Source: Basidiobolus ranarum
Taxonomy: Eukaryota
DNA: 35,458 bases
Reading direction: 5' to 3'
Assembly (NCBI GenBank): GCA_040143965.1
Contig: JASJQH010006939.1
Location: 1-35,458 of the forward strand
The notes below the pieces were generated by a model. That model did not search any database. It was given only the letters and a program-made list of their open reading frames with translations, and was not told where the DNA came from. Both the position numbers and the translations under genes were made by a program. Positions 25,184 through 35,458 of the stretch are shown piece after piece (positions within the stretch are counted from its first letter, which is position 1; each line of letters starts with the position of its first letter).

Positions 25184-26986
25184 TTAGCTAGGTGTGTTGA
25201 TGCGCTTATACTCGTCTCTAGCTCTTGAGATTATTCTCAGAGTAGATCTCCGCTCATACAATGGCTTCACTATGTCGATGATGAAAAAGTCATCATTATT
25301 CACGGGAATCTTGCGATTTAGAAAGGTCATGATTTCTTCAAATCCCATTTTAAGCAGTGAAACTATCCAATTTAAACTTGTTCATAAATGTACTAGTAGA
25401 TGATTAAGGTGTTGTCAATCTTACCCTCGTGATACTTCAGTAAAGCTACAGACACACATATCAGCATGTCAAGGCCATGAAGTAAAAAAATGTCCCATAT
25501 TCGAAGTGTGGTTCGATGAGGCACGACACCCGATGAAAAAAGTGTGAGATACCACCGAGCCGCGAAAAAGCTCAATTGGATATCAAGTGTGTTCTATATT
25601 AGGAATCAATTCAAAAGTCACGTCAGTCCATTGACAATTAGAATGGTAAGCAAAGATAAACCAATACCAGGTATTGTAGTAACTTGGGGGTGTGCTTTTT
25701 CATAAGTTTCGCTTGAACATGGAATGTCTCCATCAATTTGGGAAACCCAGGGAGGAACATTTCTCGTAGGGAGTAGTGTTCAAATAGACAACTTAACGCG
25801 ACAAAGGATTTCTAATGTTCAATACGGCGTGAATATAAGATCTAACTTAATTGTCAATTGGGCTCTTACCTCTTCAGATATATAGGCAATTAAAGTGGAG
25901 GCCACGCTTGCCATCCCTTGGCAATAGCCAACTTCTTTATCATAGTTGGAAAACGATGTCAGAACAGTGAACAGCATCCGTTGTCTATTCAAGGATCGTA
26001 TTTGAATGGAGTTTGGTGATTGACTTCTATAATCAATGTACTAACCCAAGCCCATATCTTTGCTTAAACATAATATTATCTTGCAAAGTACGCGGGATGT
26101 CTAAATCAATTTGTGTCTCGTCCGTAGATTCCAAGCTGGAGAGTACCTTTAGAAATGTATCAAGTTACTGTTACGAACATACGCAAATAAGATACAACAA
26201 TAAGTGAGTACTTGATAGTCACTGGTCAGTTTTCTCTCGGTCTTCATGCTTATTTTTCGGGTGGATAGGAAATACCTATATTTCATCGCATTATTAGTGT
26301 TAAGATAAGATACTTTAAAGTAGTCTTGACTCCTCGGAAGGGGTTGGCTTACCAATATTCTCCACGCCAACAATCGGGAACACCTTTGTAAGTTCTTCTC
26401 ACCAACTGGTACAAAATAACGATGTGTGATTTAGTAGATATTTAAATATAATACTAAAAATCGCTATATATACCTTTCTACTTTCTTTAAAAGAGTACAA
26501 ACGAAGGTTGGAAACACCAATAGTCTTACTCAAAACCATTCCCTTCCACTTTAATGCACGTTCCACCTCTTTCTCTAGGGAGCTAGATAGGTATGTTAAT
26601 AAAACTGTTTTAATAATCACTTACCAAAGAAAAATAGGTGCGAGATACGAGCCATTTTACCTAGTATTCGGAGAAGTTTGATCCTCTTCAAGGAAGCCAT
26701 ATCTGTCAACTTGGCTCGCAAGTTTTTCCAAGTCAAGGGCACTTTCTGATAAGCAAGTGGAAGTAGATTGATAAGATTTTCGGATTTCCGAACGCGATAT
26801 GGAATAGTTGGAGAGGTTTCGTCTTTTATTAACAAAAGTCTCTTGAATATCGTTGACGGAATTCTGCGAGTCCGAGCAATTCTCTGATATTTCATCCACT
26901 TCAACTCGAGGTATCGGAGGTAATTCTTTTAAATCCAATTCGAACGATGGAACCATTTTCTCCATAAATACTGGGTTTTCACTCAT
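25184..26986 (-). CDS. TBC-domain Rab GTPase-activating protein (about 9 exons; start codon uncertain)
   Basis: VDRYGF, RALKWKGM, TYKGVPDCWRGEYW, Arg finger QIDLDIPRT, Gln finger VGYCQGM, RWYLTLF, TLRIWDIFLLHG, GFEEIMTFL. Confidence 0.9.
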
Positions 26987-27643
26987 ACTGGCTTTTCTAA
27001 AATTTATATCAATACAGGGCTTGGAGGAAGTAGTGGGTGGTATGCTAGATGTAAATAAAGTGTACAAGAAAGTGAAAAATAGTACGAAGCTGTATTAATG
27101 CTTCAGACCAAAATTTCGTACAAAAAACCAAAAGTGTAGGTTCTTTCTACTTCAAAATCGGAATATAACACAAACTAAGGAACTAACAAAGTTTAAGGAA
27201 ATATTGACAGTTTCAAAAAGATATTAGACTTTCAAGGCTGAAGTATCCTCGACTTCCAAGGCATTATAAGCGAAGTTCCATTAAGCCAATCAGATTAAGC
27301 TGGTTTTGGAATAAACAATGGTTCATTTAATTATTATATTCCATCAATTTAAGACTTGGCAATGATGAGAGTTAAATAGATATATATAGTCTAACATAGA
27401 CGATCACATGTTCCAAAAATCACATCAATAAAAGTGATGAGAGAAGACTCAATAAATGCTTGAAGTCACAAATTCACTCGTGTTAAACTCGTAACTAATA
27501 AATAGCATGTTGATCAATAAAATAAATATTGTCAACAGTTCATACACTCAAAAACGGGATTTATTGATTAACAAGACATATTGAACAAGGTAGAAAAATG
27601 CCAAAGTATATATAATGTAAATTGGAAGTCATGTACTGAATTG

Positions 27644-28431
27644 TTAAGCAGTTTCGGTGGTTTGGGTTTGAGGTTCAACGCTCTCTTTGTGCTTGATTAC
27701 ATCCTCCTTAATCAATAATTCCTCTAATTCTCCCGACTGATGCATATTGAGAACTATATCACAACCTCCGACAAACTCTCCTTTGACATATACTTGAGGA
27801 ATAGTAGGCCAATTACTGCAAATAATAATCAGACAAAAATATCTCAATCATAGCGTGAATAAATAGAAACTTACGAATATTCTTTGATACCGTTTCTAAG
27901 CTCAGGATCCTCAAACACATTGAAAGCCTTCAAATCTTTGATATCTAGTTTTATCAACCAAATCAGTATGTATAGCAATATAACTATTATCGAAGAAAGC
28001 TACTCACCATAAAGATCGAGAATGGAAGAGACGGCCTTACTGAATCCGCACTGTTATCGAAGAATTTTGAGTGAGTTTTCAGTTAATAGGAGAAAAAAGC
28101 AAATATAGTTACCATTGGCTCTTCAGGTGTTCCCTTCATGAATAAACAAACTTCATTCTCTTTAACGGTCTAAAAGAATTGTAAATACAAACTTAATAAC
28201 AGATATACATAAATACGTAAACACAGTATAAGGACCTTATCAAGCTTATGACGAAGCTCTTCAGACAGAAATCTGACTGAGCAAGCCATACGTGGCATAA
28301 TAGTGTTTCTGCTTGTGGCAGCCAAAAGTGGGCTGGAAGACAGAGCCTATATGACCAACGAGTTAGTAACATGGTCAAACGCGGATGATATATCAAATAA
28401 ATACCAAGCGTGAAGCAAATTTAGAAATCAT
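27644..28431 (-). CDS. GRX5: Mitochondrial monothiol (CGFS) glutaredoxin Grx5, multi-exon
   Basis: [13 protein letters not shown]...[48 protein letters not shown]..., [37 protein letters not shown]. Confidence 0.95.
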
Positions 28432-29236
28432 CACAAGAATGTATAAAGAAGCAAAGAGGTCAAAGTATTACTATCAATTGGGTGACAATATAAAAATATA
28501 TGTAACCAACTCCAAGGTCTGGATGAATCTATTAGCGAGAAAAAATCCGAAAAGATTTATATACATTTATCCAATATGATAAACTAGGTTTAAGCTGCGG
28601 CGTTTTCACCAATTATATTCGTTTGGAGCATCTTCGCGTAAATCAACCCAGAGAGTTAAAGGTTTGGGGAAGTGTCAAGTACAGAAGACATCTTAAGGTT
28701 ATCTTGAGCAATAGAATCAACACCAATCTTCACATTAATCATCTGGAGAAGCAAAAAGAAGATTTCTGTCCCACCCTGATGATCTTTATATAATTCATAT
28801 AGGACCATTAAATAAAAAAAACCAACTATTTCCATGAGTTGATATGATTGCTTCAAATAGTGTCGCTAGGCACATGAATTTGGCAAGCAACAAATTCCGT
28901 TGGAAATTACACTGAAATTGGGCTTACTTGAGCTGGAAACAACTACTGTGTTGATGATGATTAATGTGGGTTATTATTTACTTGGTTCTCAAACCAAAGC
29001 AGAGACAATGGGAAATAGCGGCAAAGAGTGGCTTGTAGGAAGTGAATATAACAAGGTATCTAACAAAGCTAAGAAAAAATAAAAGCAAATAATTCGGAAT
29101 GTATGCTTGAGTGAAGAGTGGGAGGGGTAAAGATACATGACAAATGGTGGATATCACAAAGTAATAATAAAGATTCAATGCCAAATATGATGATGCTGTG
29201 TTGAACATACAAAAATGCCTTTATATGACGATCAGG

Positions 29237-30999
<1,763 letters not shown>

Positions 31000-31186
31000 T
31001 GCGTAAAATAATGTAAAAAGAAAGAAGATATGACTAGCTTGAAATCAACTTTTGTAAATCGGAAATATAATTAAAGAATGTAAATAATAAAGCAACAAGG
31101 TAACGCAAGGTAGTTTTCTACTAATGAGATATAACTAGCAAAAGAAATTTGAAATAAAATCTTCCACAGCCTCGATAATTTTCTCC

Positions 31187-31210
31187 ACTAACCCATTAAC
31201 CCACTAACCC
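31187..31210. repeat. Short tandem repeat (ACTAACCC-like) x3 in the MDM38 promoter
   Basis: actaaccc attaaccc actaaccc read directly. Confidence 0.7.
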
Positions 31211-32545
31211 AATATCCCCCATCTCTGATAAGCTATACAATGGGAATTGAACACGAAATGAATCCATAAAAAGTAGTGGTTGGCTAGCTGAAAGTAATGC
31301 TCGCTATCTAATGTAATACAAGATGCTTAATTCCGTACTTAACCTCGAACTTCGCAATAATATATTCTGGAACACTCTGCTAACCCATTACAGTCGTTTT
31401 CTACGGGTGATTGGCTGTCAAGATGGATATGGATGCCGTCTTGCAAACCCCATACAATTCAGTGATATTTCTAGTAGCACTTTCTCCAATTATAACTTAG
31501 GCATGCTTAAGAACATCGGCCAATCTGGCTAGCACAAAATAATGTAATAGTAAGAGAAGCAAATCAGGGATCCGTAGTAAGATACATCTGAGATCGCTTA
31601 ATGAAGGCCCAAGTGTATTGAATTCAATCCTTATCGCAATCCCTATCCCTTAATTGCAAGGTAGATCATGACTAATTAGCCGAATTCGGGCCCTTCATTC
31701 ATGGTTCGGATTTCCGAATATGATAAAGCCGCATGACTGTTTTGGGTAGTAAAAATAGAAATTTAGAAACTGAATGGGCTGCTAGTACGTGGTGGTCGCG
31801 TCACACGGACTTATCATCTCCAAAAAGAGAAATAAATGGCTATATTAAGAGACAGCTCCAAATCATATGGTGTAATCATAGCCGCTTTTGCTCATAACCA
31901 ATCCACGGACTTCCAATTCGGGAAAGACGGTCAACGTATACCTTACCAATTCCATACCAGGTAACTACAATTTCAGTTACAATACACCACTCACACCACT
32001 CGCATCACAATATTCTGGAAATAGCGTGAATTCTAGTTGATTATATGCATCATATCTCATCTTGCATATCCCATCAATCATCCTAGCACTATCTCTGGCA
32101 GTCATGAATATCCATCATTTTCGGCCTTGTCCTGTCCAATAACCATTACAAATCTGAATGCGCTTTTTATACTGGGCGTTGTCGTTAGACTTACCTGTCT
32201 CCAATCCGATTTCCTTTTACTTGTAGGTGTCACTTCCTAGTATGGAAAGAAGGGGATTCCCACCACGGCAATTCGATCGCATGAATGCTGGGTGATCTCC
32301 ACATCTATTGTTTACGATGGTGTGGATTCTAAAAAACCTAATCAACTTCAATTTCTTTTACAATTCCCTTAGCTCCCTTTTCTTCCCGTTGAACAATTTC
32401 TCCAAGTCTCTACTTTAAATCCTCTTGTATTTATCTTACTCTCAACAGTTTTAATAAATTCCACAACGTCTCACTTGAAGGCGAATTTTCGTACTTGTAT
32501 TTAAAGCCTTGATTCTAGTAAGAGACAAGTTGAAAGTAACGTAGC

Positions 32546-34578
32546 ATGATACGCGGCGAAGAGCTGAAAAATTATATTGAGGAGTATTTACAATACGACG
32601 TAAGAGATGTCGAACAATTTTATGCCAAAACCAAAACCAGTAGATTAAGTTTGACTCTGGATCTTGAACACAACCTCAACATAGCATATTCTCCTTCCGA
32701 TTTAGTGTCTGGGATACTGGTTTCTTGGCTATCCTTGTCTGAAACTCAAGCTCTCTTAAAAACGTATCTTTCAGAAAATCTAAGCGATAACGTGCTAGAT
32801 GCACTCCCCGAGGGATATTTTGTAGAGAAAAAAACGAAACACTTTGAGGTACCTTTACATCCAGGCTCATATAAGCGAAGGGAACTGCGCGAATATGTAG
32901 CAAAGAGTTGGCAGTATTTAACTGGTAAGTTGAGTTATGTATTTTGTTACCAGCCTATAAATTAATCGATGGATAATGCACCTAGGCATGAGTCGACCAA
33001 ATTTTGCAAATCCAAAAAAACGACCGAAAAATCTGCCCAAACAGATCCCTTGGAAGGACCCACTTTCTATGTCAATACCTCAGCTACGTCTAGCCAGTCA
33101 ATGGCTGTCCTACACCATCGATGGTATAGCAGCTAAACGGATTTCTCCAGGTATATATCACTACGGATATGTACTATCATCGAGTAATGACTGACGTTTT
33201 TATATCAATATTCATAGACCAATTCAGAGACAAAGGAGTCGAGGATTCTTTAAAAGCAGATATAATCAAAGGCTTCGAAATCGTAAAGAAGCTGGATAAC
33301 TTCAAGCTGACTTCAAACAAAAATTCAACATCCAAATTTGTAGATACAATCGCGCCGCTTGTGAGAGAAATGCCTCGGGCAACGGATTATGTTCGAGTTT
33401 CTAATGAAGGTCCACGTCGAGTAAGTTGTGATGTAATTAGATGGGATGGTTCGTACCCTGCATTTGATTTACCCGCAAATAATCAAGATGCTGAAAGAGG
33501 TGATAAGAATATTCGAGATTTCCGGCCAAGGTCTATGAGTAATATCGAAACAAGAAAGTTGGAAAGAGCAGACTCCAAGGAGGATATTCCGTCTAATGAA
33601 CCTTACCAACCATTTCGAACTCTCTCATTTTCATCTAAAAATCCCAAATCGATTACACAAACCTCACCGTTGGCTAATCAAACGGGATTGCAGTTCGTAA
33701 TGAAGCCTATAAACCACCCAACTATGCAGAGTTTGCCTTTTAAGGTCAAGCCTAACGTTGATGCGTCAGGTGGACCTCCTTCTAATGATACACTGAATCA
33801 TACTGATCCAAATCAGTCATCTCAATATCAATTTGTACAGCACCGAATGGTTGGCACTGACGTACAAAGGCCACCGTCAATAGCTTCACATCATCCAATT
33901 CCTGGTGCCTTACCTCCAACTCAAACAACCTCAACTAACCCACAACCTGCGTATAGCTCCAGATTCCTTCCTACAACAGTGGCCTCTCAGCCACTTCCAC
34001 CAAACATCATAATTCCGTCTAATTCTCCACATAATGGCGAAGATATTAAGAAGGAACGAAAGAATTCTGTCAGTAAAAAATCCCCTAAAAGAAAACATAA
34101 ATTGGCCGAAGACACTCGAGCTTCCAACGAAGCTAGTTCACCTCAACCCGCTCCAGAAGGCCCTACCAATCGTCGATTATCCTTAGGAGCTAAGCCTAAT
34201 GATAATTCATCTAGCACCCAATTCGTTTTTGTGTCTTACCCTGATCGGAGAGGATCTGTCAGTTCTGTCTCTAGTCTAAACAATGCCTCCAACACAGCAT
34301 TAGCTCCATCTACCGCTAGCAATACAAGTGTTAGTTCTTTTAACAGTGGAAGCGGCGCGGATACGAAAGAAACACCCACCGGGACTCCCGAGCCGCTACA
34401 ACAGCGATCATCTCCAACATCAAAAGATTCGCCAAAGTCCCAACTTACATTTCATAGTTACGTACCACCAAGCGATGGAATAGTAACTCAAACAAAGACA
34501 AAGAGGAAATCCATTTCAAACGGACGCAAGAAACAATTTGCATTCTCTGATTACATGAAGTCATCTCCACCGTCTTAA
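32546..34578 (+). CDS. Putative transcription factor: folded N-terminal domain resembling the NRF1/EWG/P3A2 DNA-binding domain plus a long S/P/Q/T-rich disordered tail (3 exons: 32546-32924, 32986-33150, 33218-34578)
   Basis: Three ORF pieces joined by GT-AG introns in compatible phase; basic NLS-like segments (KKSPKRKHK, KTKRKSISNGRKK). The CDS itself is well supported; the function is inferred. Confidence 0.8.
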
Positions 34579-35034
34579 AAAAAGTCACATTGTATTATCA
34601 ATCATGTTAAGCAAATTACATTCTTCGTAGACTGCTCAGAAGCATTGTTTCTCAGATCTTTGTACACACATATTTCGATCGTCTTGGACAAGCAGTTGGT
34701 TTGTCCAATGGAGGTACTTTTTGTCTATACCATATGCCAAAGATGATGACACTTTCTTGTCATTACTTTTGCTTTTCCCAATCCTCCACTACTCCTCTCT
34801 TCTCTCTCCCCCTCACTTCTTTTCACTTGTATTCCTTTAATATCGTAACCAAATATTTAGTGTTTATTTATAATCGTTGCTTACTCTTTGCTGTTCGTTT
34901 GTCCCAGTTTTTGTAAATAAAGATGGAGATAATCAAGTCTTCTTTTTTAATTATGGACTTGAGTGAATAATTTCAACTAGTTTGAGGTAATATTTCACCA
35001 CTTATCAATACATATATAAGCGCCCATAACTGAT

Positions 35035-35310
35035 TCACTTCTTGGCATGCATTTTGCCAATGTTAATAACTGTGCATTCACCACATGATTCAAATCGATA
35101 TTCAACACCTAACATAGTCAAGTTCAAAATTTTAGTCTCTGACATAATAACAGTAATTCCACCACTCAATGCAATAATTTATATATTTGTAACTGATACT
35201 ATTGACCAATTGGTTTTGTACACATATTTGCTCAAGTAAATTTTTAGCTCTCTCTATTGTCACCAAGTATTGAACATGACTTCAAAAATGATTGAGTTCA
35301 CCTGCCAAGG
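35035..35310 (-). pseudogene. Possible degenerate LTR-retrotransposon aspartic protease (retropepsin) remnant
   Basis: One minus frame: QVNSIIFEVMFNTW*Q*RELKIYLSKYVYKTNWSIVSVTNI*IIALSGGITVIMSETKILNLTMLGVEYRFESCGECTVINIGKMHAKK*. Spacing resembles the retropepsin hDTG...h(I/L)S...flap GG...h(I/L)G pattern, with several stops. Confidence 0.3.
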
Positions 35311-35458
35311 CTATATTTCTATATTTCTGGTTTTTATAAAAAAGGGAGATTATCTCAAAAACAAAAGACAAAGCCACCTTCCAAGAGAAGCAGCATGGTT
35401 TCCACTGCTTAGGGTTAGTGAAAAAAAGAATAATATTCCATTGGAAAGTGGCTCAAAA

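Noticed and set aside
27361-27465. ATGATGA/GTGATGA pair as a C/D snoRNA
   Set aside because: No CTGA box D at suitable spacing and no recognisable rRNA guide.
28170-28235. GRX5 intron with GTCCTT donor as a U12-type intron
   Set aside because: U12 donors are RTATCCTT and no TCCTTAAC branch site is present; I found no U12 intron in the gene models.

Overview
Eukaryotic, AT-rich, gene-dense DNA with short (~55-90 nt) GT-AG introns and CTAAC/CTAAT/CTGAC branch sites. It is fungal, probably early-diverging; a Basidiobolus-like zoopagomycete is only a stylistic guess. I hand-spliced 14 protein-coding genes: RDS3/PHF5A (+), RAE1/GLE2 (-), COG2 (+), a secreted di-copper tyrosinase (+), a 3-unit polyubiquitin (-), UTP4 (-), two paralogous Bud21/Utp16/NOL7-like genes with long CDK-site-rich N-termini (-) that flank a solo intronless H3.3-type histone H3 (+), mitochondrial aconitase (-), a TBC Rab-GAP (-), monothiol glutaredoxin GRX5 (-), MDM38/LETM1 (-) and an unannotated 3-exon gene at 32546-34578 (+). 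Best candidate for something new: the spliced N-terminal domain of that last gene aligns without gaps, by eye and from memory, to the DNA-binding domain of animal NRF1/EWG/P3A2 transcription factors. It lies head-to-head with MDM38 and near ACO1 and GRX5. Other points of note: an I36L ubiquitin unit, an R38S change next to the PHF5A branch-point pocket, repeated RLRSR (LANA-like) motifs in the duplicated genes, a 65-bp inverted repeat, and possible decayed transposon remnants at both ends of the window. No database searches were run. Family calls rest on recalled motifs, and exon boundaries are manual predictions.
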